Below are positions 24,936 through 37,745 of a stretch of 64,000 bases of DNA, piece by piece (position 1 is the stretch's first letter; every line of letters begins with the position of its first letter). Under the pieces are notes generated by a model that searched no databases, was not told the origin of the DNA, and saw only the letters and a program-made list of their open reading frames with translations. Made by a program: the position numbers and the translations under genes. This stretch comes from Pavona decussata. Lineage: Eukaryota. Where the stretch lies: positions 5,828,001-5,892,000 of the forward strand of contig CDRNST010000020.1 of the NCBI GenBank assembly GCA_977016875.1, written 5' to 3'.

Positions 24936-25823
24936 ATATATTCTGCTTGAATCATTCCTTTTTGTAACTCTCGTAACTTTTGCCCATTTTGAGGGGATTT
25001 GAAGTAACAACAGGTCTTTTGTGTTGGAGTTTATTTTGAATCTGGGTATGACTACTCCGTCACATTCTTCAACTAAGAACAAAACTTGACGAGTTTCAAC
25101 TTACAGAGAGTCTTTCTCTTCTTCATTTTGCGCGTAGATTTCAGAATGCACCAAAAATACGTGATATCCTTTATCGTGATATCCTATAATAAAGAAAATG
25201 AAATCAGCAAATACTTGGCTTTTCTCGAATTTGTGCCTAAAAAGAAAACTGCATGTGTCAGTTGTGCTTACCCACATATACTAAACTATCTGCCACGTTG
25301 ATATGGCGTTCAGTAGGCTGTGGCATGGCCAAAATATGAAAGCATGATTTCGGTCAGTTTTAGTCTTGGTTCAGTAAAAGCAATCGATACTTGACATGTC
25401 ATACGTTTGGTATTAATGAACTACTGTTGTTCTAAAAACATTGTCGAACTTCGATTTTTGTACCCTATAACTTTAAGAAAAGTAAATATCACTTGAGTTT
25501 ACCTTTTTCAATTGCAACAGGTGGTAAGTCTGGAATGACTGAAAAAAGTAAAAGAAGAAGTACCGCACAAACCGTCATTTATAAAACTAAAATGATTAAT
25601 AATTGCATTTTTGTACTTTAGAATACCAAGGAAAGAAAATATCACTCAAGTTTATAAGTTACAATAAAAGGGAGCTCTGGGATGACTGAAAGCGTAAATT
25701 AAGATGTAAGAGGTATATGATGGCCAATGTTTGCCATTCACATTTTTCGTTGTTTTGACATAAATCAAAATTAAACCAATGAGAAATCAAATGAACTAAT
25801 CGAAGTTAATTCAAAATTAAATT

Positions 25824-25930
25824 ACCATATTTATTCCAATAACCGCCCACCTCTGAATAAGCACCGACCCTGAAAGCCCAAAAAGTTAATAAGCGCCCAC
25901 CCTCAAATTAGCGCCCACCCCACCCTCTCC
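25824..25930. repeat. One end of a pogo/Tc1-type MITE, followed by (CAA)n
   Basis: TA-ccatatttattccaataaccgccc with repeated AATAAGCGCCCACC subterminal motifs. No second TIR found. Confidence 0.5.
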
Positions 25931-25997
25931 CAACAACAACAACAACAACAACAAACCATTTCTGTACTAGCCCAGCATGAAGTAAGAGGAGAGTCAG

Positions 25998-27641
25998 TTG
26001 TGTTCCAAAATGGATTTAAGATACGGTAGTCAATCCACATTTTGCCTGGTTCAAGCCCTTATTCAATACTGCCAATTGTGGGGACATGGTTCTGGTCCGC
26101 TTTTGTGTCACGCCGATATGAGTCCAATTTCTGCTCACCAATTCAATATCGAACTACAGCGGTGCGTAGCTTATTGTGGTTTAGACACCAGTCGCTATAA
26201 ATGTCATAGTTTTCGTATCGGCGGTGCTTGTCATGCCGCTGATCGGGGCTATTCTAATGCGCAAATACGTGCTCTGGGTCGTTGGAAATCCGATGCTTTT
26301 AAAGTCTATTTGAGGTCGGAAGTTCTTCAGGCGAACTAATAATCTTTGCGCATGGGGCTTTTCATGCCAAGCCTTTTAACATGGCCGTTATATACAGCAT
26401 GTTAGTTCAGACAGGGGCTGCTATAATGCTGTCATTACCCGTTTTGAATTTGTTAGACATTCAAAGTCTGGATGCCTGTTGAGTCGGTCAGACACTGGGC
26501 TGCGACTCGGCTTGCATTATCGCTTCTTTCCTGATTTTAATTTTATTTCTTTTGCGTTCACGTTCGTTCTACCTTAATTGACTATGTTATTCTATATGTA
26601 TTTCTGTTGCCCCAAGGGAGCAACGTTTACGGCCTTCAGTTGTTGTTATTCTTAGACTTTTTGCGTTGGTCAGTCATTGGGCTGCAACTCGTTAGACATG
26701 TATCTTTTGGTCTCAAGTGATATGTCACTTTTGGGTTCTATCCGCAGTGGGTGGGGATGCCTGTGGAGTTGGTCAGACAATGGGCTGCGACTCGGCACGC
26801 CTTCTCACCTCGTTACATTGCCATTTCTGTGGTTGAGTGCGAGCTTTGCTTTTCTTTGGGTCTTAAGCCACATAGTGTGGCTTGTGGCGAAATTTAGTCG
26901 CCCCATTTATCAACAGGAGATTGTACTTTAATTTTTATTGCTGTTTTATGAGTTTAATAATTTGTTCAATTAAACTTGCCACAAACCGTGGCCAAATTTA
27001 TTCCAACAAAGTTGTCTGTTATTCTTGCTTCTGGGAAAACTGCTAGTAACAGTGTTTTCAACAAAGTTCGCGCTTTAACTGCACCTTTTGTTTAATGAGA
27101 AGATGCATCGATATAAAACCAAACATTATGGCCCGACATAATGTAATTTATATCGAGGCGTGGTGTTCACGTGATAATCCAGTGGAGGTGGGTCATACCA
27201 GGTGTGGATAGCACCGTAAGGTAGCCAATGAGCTTAGAGCAAATGATAAAGCATGGTTATGAAATAGAAATTTTTCTGAGGTAGTCTTCCTTCTTCTCCT
27301 CGCCATCAGATTGAACAGATCCCCAGAAATCTCTTTCTCACCTCCTCTCCATTTTCACCACCTGTTACGTTAACGTTTTTTCCTGATGCCTGGGCAGAGT
27401 CCAACCCAGGCGAAATTTTGTCGCCCCATTTATCAACAGGAGATTGTACTTTAATTTTTATTGTTGTTTTATGAGTTTAATAATTTGTTCAATTAAACTT
27501 GCCACAAACCGTGGCCAAATTTATTCTAACAAAGTTGTCTGTTATTCTCGCTTCTGGGAAATCTGCTAGTAACAGTGTTTTCAACAAAGCTCGCGCTTTA
27601 ACTGCACCTTTTGCTTAATGAGAACATGCGTCAATATAAAA
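25998..27641 (+). mobile_element. DIRS/Ngaro tyrosine-recombinase retrotransposon 3' end with split direct repeats
   Basis: YR C-terminus HSFRIGGA..IRALGRWKSDAFKVYLR (25998-26339). About 230-bp direct repeats at 26886-27118 and 27409-27641 flank a unique 290-bp segment. Confidence 0.85.
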
Positions 27642-28166
27642 GGGTTTTAAAAAAATTGGCTTTCACGAGTTACATGTGAATTAAAGTATGGGACGTTTTT
27701 AAACAAAGCATATCTGGAAATTTATTGGAATACAATCGTGCACAAAACTTGTTGAAGAAAACACTGCCTGGAAAATACCAGAGCTTCACTCCCCCCTCCC
27801 CCTGACTCAATGTTTCTATGAACGCCGGTTGATGACCCAGCCTCTTTTTCAGCAGTACAGCAACATTGATGAGGGGGAGGGGGGGGGGGTGTTGTTCACG
27901 TATCATTGTACACTGTAGTGCTCGAATTTGAAGATTAACTAACAGTTCCTCATCAGTTTTGTCCACGATTGTGGTAAGCCTATAAAATGACTTTTCTCTC
28001 AATTTCTGCTCCCATAGAGGCCACTTGCAAATGTCATCCACACATTTGGTGAGATTCCAATCCGTCCTTTAAAAGTGTTATGTGACTTATACTTTGAATA
28101 TAATTCACTCTTGTTTCGGAAGATCTTCAAGTTTTTCACACTTAGTCACAGTACAATCAATTGAAC

Positions 28167-28700
28167 TAGTAATAGTAGGCATCCATCAGTCTCGGGAGAT
28201 GATGGCGTGCGCCCTGTTGGGTCAGTCTTCCTGTTGAGAGCAGCACCAGATGTGGCTCAGCAGTCCAATCCTAGGATGGCAGTCTGCCACAATTGTTGTA
28301 CGCAAAGTTGGATGGCTGGTTAGGGTCCGCGGTTTGCTGTCTCTCTTTATGTTTTGTTCATTTGTTCTCCTGCTAGAGGTTCCTCTTCTCCTCTCCACTC
28401 CTGACACCCTTAAGAATGGCATGACGCCAGCCGTCTCTGTCATCTGTCGTCTTTTCCCAGCTGTCTGGTTGATATCGATTAGTTTGAGGTCTCGCTTGCA
28501 GACGTGCTTGTAGTGGAGAGCTGGGCGCCCTACAGGGCAGCATGCTGAGGCCAGCTGACTGTACAAGAGGTCCTTTGGGATGCGACTGTCCTCCATATGG
28601 TGCACGTGTCCCAGCCACCGTACTCAAGGCTGATAGCGCATGAGGTGCATGCTGAGAAAGCCTGCCTTCTCCAGAAGAGCTGTGTTGGTGACTCTGTCTC
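28167..28700 (-). mobile_element. RTE-clade LINE 3' fragment
   Basis: WLGHVHHMEDSRIPKDLLY..GRPALHYKHVCKRDLK..DRDGWR; ends CGAGACTGATGGATGCC followed by a (TAC)n-like tail. Confidence 0.88.
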
Positions 28701-30411
28701 TTTTGACGGCTGTGATACCATGCTTCTGAATGAAGAAGTGCAACTGGTGGTGGCTTGTTTGTTTGCCAACAGAGCGGTCCTCCATAATTGTTGGAAATTT
28801 GGGGTGATCATTCCGTTCAGTTGCAACTTGTTTCTGCTGCAGCACATGCTTCCTGTGTTCGGTTGTCTTCTTTAAGTTGTATGAACGGCGGAAATCTCTC
28901 AGAAATTGGCATGTGACCATCTTCATGTACCTTGTTACTACACTCATCAACAGCTGATCCACTAGAACCTTAAAAATAGAAAATGTGTAATGTTGATATT
29001 ATTAGTTGTCAAACATTGTTAAATATTATCTAAAGCGAGCAATGTACAATGGTGCCATCGTTAATTAATTAGTAATTTCTTTAAGTTAAGACTGTCTAGT
29101 TATTCATGTTTCTTTTTTTTAATTTTTTTTCTGAAACGTGAACACTAGGTCTAGGTGAATGGCTCTTGGCTCATTTGGGGTTACACAGTCAGTATTTTGT
29201 GTAATAAGTACTACCTAACATTTGCATCAGATCAGAATCTGCTGTGCATTTGGTTTCTTTTGCTGCATAAATCACCTGTCATGACAATGCTGCATAAACC
29301 CCTGACATGTATATACAAATAGTATATGATTCTCCTCAGAAATATTCTCTATAATATCTTTTAATAGCGCGGAGCAGTGAAGCAATAAAGATCTGAGAAG
29401 GAATTTGATCAAATTCTAGTTTTTGCTTTAGTTTAATTGGGTATCTGGTCTTAGTATACATGTATACCACAGAACTGAATAACACTTTACACACTCTCTA
29501 ATTGGCTACTCAACCTCCAGATATCTTGTGCTATTCATCTTCGAGCAAAGCAGCAGACTAACTATCAATATTTGCCAAAAAAAAGACAAGATTACTGTGT
29601 GTACTTGCTATTCACTTCTGTGGTATATACTAAAACAATAATATTATCCACCTCAGTGTCTGTGAATAGTGGTGGATATTGACCTTGCTGCTTTGTCTGC
29701 TGATTCAGAAATCTCTAAACTTATGCATCAGTGCTCACCTCTTTCCATGTGGCTGCAACAGTTGCATAATCATCTTCAATTACCTTGAAGCATTCAAAGG
29801 CCTCGTCAGATATGTGAATCAATCCACGCTCTCGGTACTGGCGATCCTCAGTGACTTCTAAGGTCCCTGGAGCATCTGTGTTGTCCTTCAGCCAAGAGTA
29901 CTGCACAATAATATGTTCCTCCAACAGCTCACACTTTGCATAAGTCACATGCACATTTTGGCGAGTTTCACTTGACTGGGAATGCATATTTTGCCTAATG
30001 TACCTTATACAGCGCTCAAGCTCCTTCCTGATGGCCCAACCAGAAACATGCCTTAGCTTTGCCAGACCTTCCACACGAATGTCGGACACACGGAAATTAA
30101 GCTCCCCTGTTTCATGGCGATGGTCGACCTTGCTCGCCAAGTGATGTATAAAAAAAGTAAATGTACCTAAGCACAACATTGAGCCAAGTGACAAATGTGC
30201 TTCAGACAGATCATCAACTTGGTAGAGGGCACGGAGCTCACGACGGTACTCCACCCAACCGATGACGTCCACATAGAGGTGGTGTGTGAGGTCAGTTAGG
30301 TACTTTTGTAACATTCCCTTTCTTACAACTTCATCTGCATTGCTTGAAAGGTGGTCTTCCAGTAATTCATAAATTCTATCCCACAAAATCGGTGAAAACA
30401 GCTTTAATTGT

Positions 30412-31671
30412 CACAGGACGAAATGTCAAGAATCCGCAAACTGAAACATTGCGGAAACGCATGAAAATGTTATGGAAACATAACGGCTAACACGTGTTTC
30501 CGGTAGTGGATACATGACGTTAATTTATGTTTCCGCCGCTGCGGTAACAGCAGAACTGGACCACTTTTTTGTATGTTTCCGTGAGGTTTCCTTTGAAGGA
30601 AATGCATGTTTCTGTTAGCGTATTTTCGTGATAGCACTTGGGGAAACATGAAGTAACACTACCGAAACGAGTTTTTATGTTTCCGCCAACGTAGTTGAAT
30701 GTTATATATTCGCGCTAAATCGCGATTCCGCATCGGAAACCTCCAATTTCAAGGTGATTCTTCCGTTTTCACTTCTCCAGAAGGTCTGTTTAATTTGTGG
30801 TTGTTGTTTTTTTTTGTCTTCCAGGTTCTTTTTATATCACAGTGCTTTGTGATCAGCACCTAGTGCAATCGTTTCCTGGTGGATGTTCTTTCTAAATCTA
30901 CGGAACTGTGCGTTGCTTCTCTTTCTTCGATCTTATGTCTTATTTGCATTAGAAAAATTGCTGGGAAAAATAGGAAGTCCGGCGGGACTACTGATGGTCT
31001 ACACTAAATTAAAACACAGCATTGCACTAGAAGTCTACTTATTTATTGTCTGTAATAGCCACATTCGCAGTACACATACCAACTTATCGATTTTAATACA
31101 CGAAGTAAAAAGAGAAAAAAAGTCACATCAACATGAATTTTTTCTATTGACTTGAGCTGAAAGGAACTTTTTGAAGTACAACTTAAGAAAGGTTCAGCTA
31201 ATGTCATTAATCACTACAAACTGCCCAGCGAGGGCCTTCATTTGGGCAGGGACAAGTTGACACTTCGTCTCCCCGACAAACATGTGCAGTGGTGCGTCGT
31301 TGCCTCTCGCTCAGGCCTTTGAGATACTCTTCATCCAGTCTAGCCTTAATGTTCCTAAGCTTACTCCTTTCCCACTGTAGCTTTTTTTATTTTCCTTGGC
31401 TTTGGGCCGTTTATTCTTGCTTCTGTTTCTTCTTCGCTGTTCTCTGAAGACATGTATGACAATGCTTGAGGAGAAGAAAGAACCTCCCGCGCCTTAGCTT
31501 TGTCAGCATCCAAAAGGATCGTCGTTGACCTTTCTAGGGTTGAGAGGCGTCTAGAAATTTTCAAAATGAATACCCAAAAAAAGAAAAATCATTAGGAAAG
31601 GGACGTAAATTAGTATTTTCATGTTTCCGTCAGGTTTCACAAAATACGGAAACTTAGATTTTCGTCCTGTG
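30412..31671. mobile_element. Non-autonomous CACTA/EnSpm (CMC)-type DNA transposon
   Basis: CACAGGACGAAA...TTTCGTCCTGTG termini, TGT TSD (30409-30411 and 31672-31674), many subterminal GGAAAC/GTTTCC repeats, and an internal accessory-ORF fragment YMSSENSEEE (about 31250-31550, minus strand). Confidence 0.85.
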
Positions 31672-33184
31672 TGTGGCACACTGTCAGTCAAAACTTTGGA
31701 GATTGCAGCATTGTTTGCAGTACAGAATTTGTTTCCCTGCACAGGCTCAGGGACAGTTTGATTTTGCAGGACTTTGCAAATGTCAAAATCATTAGGTGAT
31801 TGACTAAGTTCGTTCTCACCTTCATCTAAGTCGAGGAAAACAGCACCTAAATCTACAAACTTATTGTCATCCTCCCTTTCAAAATAAGACGAAACCAGGC
31901 CATCTGAGTAGCTGTCGACCGGTAGTATCTCGGAAGCCTCTCCATCTCCCTCTCCAAACTCTGCCTCCAAATCAGATACTTTGAAGAAGTCACTGGTCAA
32001 GTCCCGATTGACACAACATGATAAATCAGAACACTGTGCTTGGCTGTTTTCACAGACACGTAGCCCCTCATCTGACGGTTTGAGCAGTTGGTCACACTTG
32101 AACCTACACACCTGGAGATCATCTGGATGGCGTACCCGAGAAATTGCAACATAAATCAGCCTTGAAACAAACTCTTTAGAACAGTGCACCACAGCCCGTG
32201 CAACATGGATATTTCATCTGAAATTGTTAATGAAAATTTGCTTCTTTGAATAAGTTTAAAGTCAATGAGAATGAGACAAACAAGTTTCCAAGGCCACGAA
32301 ATGTTTAAGTACTCAAATGTTCAAATCAAAGTTAAATGCTCAAACTAGGGTTTCGATTCATCTCAATGTTTACATTGTGCACGGTATAGTTGGAGAAGAC
32401 TCAATTTTCATGAAGGAAGTTGGGTTGTTTTTTGCTATTTTTCGTCCATTTCTGGGGAAACGAAGTGACAGAAACCTGACTTTGTCTGATTTGAACACAT
32501 CATCTTATGGACACATGGCCGTGCTTATGTTGGGAAATGTACCCTGATGATGCCAATAGGAATGAGACAGGGAAGCATGCCTGCTATGTTATAAACTCTT
32601 ATTGATAATCGCTACGAGGCAATCAGTGTGTGGGAATTTTGACAGTAATTGTAAAAAGAAAAAACTAATTAAAGGATTATACCCCCATTTACTTGGCATA
32701 AAATTTTAGGCAAGGCTCAGATGAAAGTGGTACGCATACCGAACTGAATAGTACTGATTACTCATTTACACATCCTTTTTTCTACTGTGCCAAACGATGT
32801 GAAATTATGATTTGGTACGGGTAAATGGCTCAACATCTCGGCCAGCGTACTCGATTCTTGCCTAGTGTGCATACTGCTTCCACTGTAAAAACATTGTAGA
32901 CGAAAAATTCTTAGAATTTCTTCTCTTAAGAAGACCGTGTGTGTTCCAGCAGGAAATTCACAAATCAACCTTTCTCTCGTCCGCCCGCTTTACAGAAGAA
33001 TGCAAAAAGGCGATGGTACAGGTTGTTATTTATTGCATCAGTTCTCTCGTACTTCTGTTGAGCGACGGTGTTGGACACTGACATGAGTGGTCAGTGGTTT
33101 GAGATAGTGGAGACAGCGTTCACGGAAAAAGAGTGGTATGACAAATTCCTTTATATCAACATCAAAAAATTCTTGTCTAACACT

Positions 33185-33238
33185 TACAAGTTCTCCCTGA
33201 ATATTTTTTCGCGTACAAGTTCTCCCTGAATATTTTTT
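33185..33238. repeat. Short tandem duplication (about 29-bp period, 2 copies)
   Basis: tacaagttctccctgaatatttttt occurs twice in tandem. Confidence 0.85.
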
Positions 33239-36209
33239 GACGATGATTCAGCTGTCTCGACGCGTTCAGTGTTTTTCTTAAGAGTAGTTCTTAATAGGTG
33301 AAACTTTTTCAGCAAATCAACTGGACATTTGGAGACTACTTCTTTGTTGACCTTTTCCTTTTGTTCCTTTAGAAATTCAGTTTTCTTGATTGTCCAGGCT
33401 ACATTTATAGCGCCCTGAATTTTGCCAGGCTTGAAACTCTTTAGGGCACTAGTGCTGCAAAGCTCCTCTGCCTTATTGTTCAGAACTCTCGGTATGCCTT
33501 TTGCATCCCTGAACTCTCAGTGGTTTCCCTGGCACTAAATATCTTTATTTTTCTTGCTATTGCAGCTGAATAAGGTTGTGGAGGTGAACGGGCAGCTGCT
33601 GATCTTTTCAGCAAAAACAATTCAGCGAGTGTGGGTTGCCGAGAAATCTTTGCTTTTTTTATTGGCGAGACTTGCTTGTTATGTTGGCTGGTATCTTGGG
33701 AAGTGCTGGGTAAATCCCGGGTTCTTCCGCTACTTCCGCAGTTGTTGAAATTGTTTCCTCACGAACTAGGTAAATCGCGGCTTCCTCTGACTGCTCTATG
33801 CACTGTCTCAGTTTAAGAATGTTTTCTTGCTCAAGTCCAACAACGACACGTTTGTTGGAAGCGAAGAACATCATCGACTTGCGTCTCCAAAATTTCATGC
33901 CGAAACGTGTCTAAACTGACATCAAAATTTTCAAGGCCGTGTTACTGTTTCATCGGTTTTCTCTTGATGTCGAAGTGCAAAAATTGAATGCCCCAGGGGG
34001 CACCCAGGTAACATCTATGAGTTATTTTATCGTTTATTTACAGTTAAATGGTCCTTAACGTTTCAAGACCAGGGGATGATATAACATTTTTCCTTAGTTT
34101 GTCAAGAAGAAGCGGGAGGCATTGCGTGACAACTTGAATAAAGGCGCCGAAAAAATCATAAAGATACATCTTTTGTGAAGATCATAATTTTTGCCAAGTA
34201 AATGTCACTTAGTTACTTTATGGTCACTACTAAAGTTCTGTTCCGCGTAAAACAATGAAATTACTAAAGGAGTCTAAAGAGCTGCTATGCTGCAATGATT
34301 TCAGCAAATTCTGTGCAATATGTGAGGAATGGAAAGGCGAAAGTGGATAATATCAATTTTGAAACACATTTTAGATCAAGCCAGGTCGACAACATTTCTC
34401 GGCATATCGTTCATTCAATTTATGCAAGTTATGCTTCAGTGGCTTCTTCTGGGGATGGCAACTGTCATCCTGCTAGCTTGGCGGTTTGTCAAAATGAAAA
34501 CTTAGCATTTGAACTTCGATTACGCACATGTTTTGAGCTTGCCAGAAACAGAGAGTTCTACAGAAATCATCCTTTGTTAGTCAACGCTAAAATTCCCTAC
34601 ATTGGAAGAAAAAGTCCCGGCAGTGTTATGTCTGTGGAATCGTTGTGTGATCCCTGCTGTTTTGCTTCAAGTTTGTCGGATGTTAATTTGAAACAGGGTT
34701 TTGAAGCAGCATTCAACTGTGAAATCATGAGAACAGCCATTGACTATTCATTTTAAAGCCTTTTTTAGCCTAGACCGTGGTCTAACCCTTCAGACTCCGC
34801 AGTTGTGGCAATCCTGTGGACCAGTACAAATGATTGGCCAGATCGCTCAAAGGAGTTTGTCGTAAATCATTTTGTAACATTATTTAAACAGAGTGACAAA
34901 GTTTTCTTGACGCAAGATACAGCTACAGCGACAACCTGCTCAGGAACTGCAGTAGAAGAAACTGAAAACCTGTGGCATACTTTCACTACAAGGCGGAGGT
35001 CAAAACAACAGGAAAGGGAGCACGACACAAAGAAAACGCCAGCAAAGGAGGAAAAAAACGCGCAGCCGCAGGTAGTTTTGGCAGGGTAATAGTTGAAACG
35101 AGCAAAGAAGAACATGTGACATCAGTAATAGAGGGAACAGAGAAAATACTTGGCATGTTGTCACAAAGAGGAGAGGTTCAAAACAACATTTAGATAAGCA
35201 GGCCACTCAAAAAACCACACCAACGGACAAAAAATGCACAAAGAAGCAGCAAAAGAAAAGTAATCTCGGCAAAGGTAGAATGGACAAGCAAGAGAGTCGT
35301 ATGTGCGAGGAAATGGGAGCGGAGCAGTGTAAGGAGGAAAAACAATATGGGAGTAGTGATAAAGTAAAGGATGAAAAAGAAGGAGAACGGAGAGAACGCA
35401 TAGAGGAAAGGAAAGAGGAAGAGCACTGTTCTGACACGGAGCAAGGGAGTAAAAACGTTAATGTTTGCCAAGAAAAAATTGAAATTGAAAAAACCGAAAC
35501 ATATGAGGGAAGTATTACTACAGATGACACTAAAAGGCACAAATGCGAATCCCATGGAAAAGTCAAACTTGAAAAGCAAGTGGATGATAGCAAAAGTTCG
35601 AGGTAAAGTGAACTGAGTAATGGTACAAATGAGAACAGAAAGGAAGAAACAAGGGAATGAAATTGGAATGCCTCACCAGAAGAAAGAAATAGAAACTCCA
35701 GGAAGAGAAGGAATGTCAGTGTTTCAGACAGCGAAATGAGTTCAACAGTAAATAGAAAACCGTCTATAGAGGAGCATCAAGGCTACATACACTGTTCTTC
35801 AAATGCCGCAGTACAGTACATGAAAGACCGTTCTTCTTTGCCATTTCCGGGTGCATCTGGGCGCGTTTACGCAAGGCAGAATAAAAAAGCAATCACAAAC
35901 GCAAAAAGAACTCGACAACGTGAGCAGTTGCCAGTTACACGGGATGAAACGAAACTTGTCGTTTTGCAAAGAAGCAGAGTTCATGGGCCCCTGGAACAAA
36001 ACATTGACGGAATGAAAAGGGAACTAATTTGCTGCAAAAATGGAAAAGAAAGGCTGAACTTCGGGCAATAGCTGATGTTGGAGAGGAATTGGAGACATCG
36101 CAAGCTGCCGAAATTTACAGCAAGCGAAAGCATTTATAGTAGAAGGAAAAGAAACAGACATCAACAGGGTTGTAGAAATTGTCAGTGTTACTATGTCTAA
36201 ACTACCACC

Positions 36210-37745
36210 CAATCTCTATACTGCCCACTCTTAGCAAGATTTTAGAAAGAGTGGTCCACTCCCAGTTGCACGAATATCTGAATTCAAACAATCTGCTTTC
36301 AAACAATTAGTTTTGTTTTTCCTCGAAACGCTCAACAGCCACTGCATTGTCTAGCTTTGCTGATGAAGTCCTACTTAACATGGAGAAAGGGCACATTTGC
36401 GGTGCAGTTTTCCTGGATCTCACTAAGGCGTTCGAAACGGTGGATCATGGAACGGAATCTTGATGTCCAAGTTGTCATCAGTTGGAGTCCCTGCCAGTGC
36501 TTTGGAGTGGTTTACGTCATGCTTGAGTAATCGGAAACAGCGAACTTCTTGTGAGAATGAATTATTTGAAGCTCTACCCGTCACTTTCAGTGTTCCACAA
36601 GGAAGCATCTTGGGTCCGCTGCTGTTCCTTGTATATATTAACAAGCTCCCTGCTGTTATTGAACCTTGCGAGGTTTCACTGTACGCTGACAACACCGTTC
36701 TCTTCTGCTTTTCAAAAGAGCCACACCAGCTGGAGAGCAAATTAAATGAGGATCTTTATAATGTAGCATTGTGGCTAAAGGCGAACAAACTTACACTAAA
36801 CCTCTCAAAGACCAAATCTATGTTAATCAGAAGTAACAGAAAATTAGTTAATGTTTCCTCGCTGTCTGTATCTATATTTGATTGTGATCTTGATAGTGTA
36901 AATAAGTTAAGTATTTAGGGATTATGCTGGCCTCAGACTTCACATGGTCTGATTATGTAGAGGATGTAATTTCTAAAGTTAATCAGCAACTAGGTCTTTT
37001 ACTTAGGATTAAACATTTATTACCTTTCTTCGCTCGCCTACTATTCTACAACACTCTTGTTCTTCCAGTTTTTGGTTATGGCGATCTTGTGTGGGGCGAC
37101 AAGAACAACGTGACTCTTATGAACGACCTACAGGTTTTGCAGAACAAGGCCGCAAAAATTATTCTAGACAGGCCACTTTATTCGTCAGCTACTGATGCCC
37201 TGGTAACTTTAAAGTGGCTGAACCTAGAACAACGTAGATCTTACCATCGTTGTATATATATTTACAAGTGCATTAATGGACTTATGGACCACTCTGTGAA
37301 TTTACTAACAAATAGTGACATTCATAATTATAATACAAGGAACAAATACATGCTCAGACTACCCCGTGTTACCAGAAATTGGGGAAAGCAGAGAGTTTGC
37401 CATCACTCTCTAAAAGACTGGAATGAATTAGAGAGAGAGACCAGAAATGCACCGAATATTGCTACTTTTAAGTGAAACATGTTTGCCAGATTTTTTAATT
37501 AACCCTATCGGGCTTCTTTGCTTTGATCATTTTTTATCAATTTGAAGTTTTTAACCCCAGTGATGATATCTTTGTAGTTTCAGCTTCTAGTTTGAATTGC
37601 TGTTTTTGTCAGTTTGTAATTTTGTCTTATATATTGTATTTTTCTAACCTTTTGTATATTTAATCTTTATAGGACCCTTCTGAAAACCATGTTAAGTGAC
37701 TGGAAGCATCCTAATAAAAGATTATTATTAAAGATTATTATTAAA
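36210..37745 (+). mobile_element. 5'-truncated L2/CR1-group LINE (RT, 3' UTR, (TTA)n tail)
   Basis: PISILPTLSKILE, FLDLTKAFETVDH, VPQGSILGPLLFLVYIN, LYADNT and C-terminal DWNEL. Tail attattattaaagattattatt. Confidence 0.92.

Larger units (their letters stand above)
27670..32200 (-). pseudogene. C-terminal part of a large PIF1-helicase protein, spliced, split by two insertions
   Basis: LIYVAISRVR (PIF1 motif VI). Removing 30412-31671 plus one TSD fuses ORFs 31551-32192 and 29721-30386 in frame (DSVPQLKLFSPILWD). Probable further exons at 28700-28965 and 27670-28041. Confidence 0.7.

Noticed and set aside
26886-27641. Direct repeats read as LTR pair or CRISPR-like array
   Set aside because: No TG..CA ends, PBS or PPT, only two units, and the position 3' of a YR gene fits Ngaro split repeats.
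32300-33170. Possible Harbinger relic (Myb-like minus ORF and WFEIVETAFTEKEWYDKF on plus)
   Set aside because: Too fragmentary; no TIR or catalytic motif could be confirmed.
35190-35606. Hydrophobic membrane-like ORFs here and at 18972-19307
   Set aside because: Antisense shadows of Lys/Glu-rich low-complexity coding sequence.
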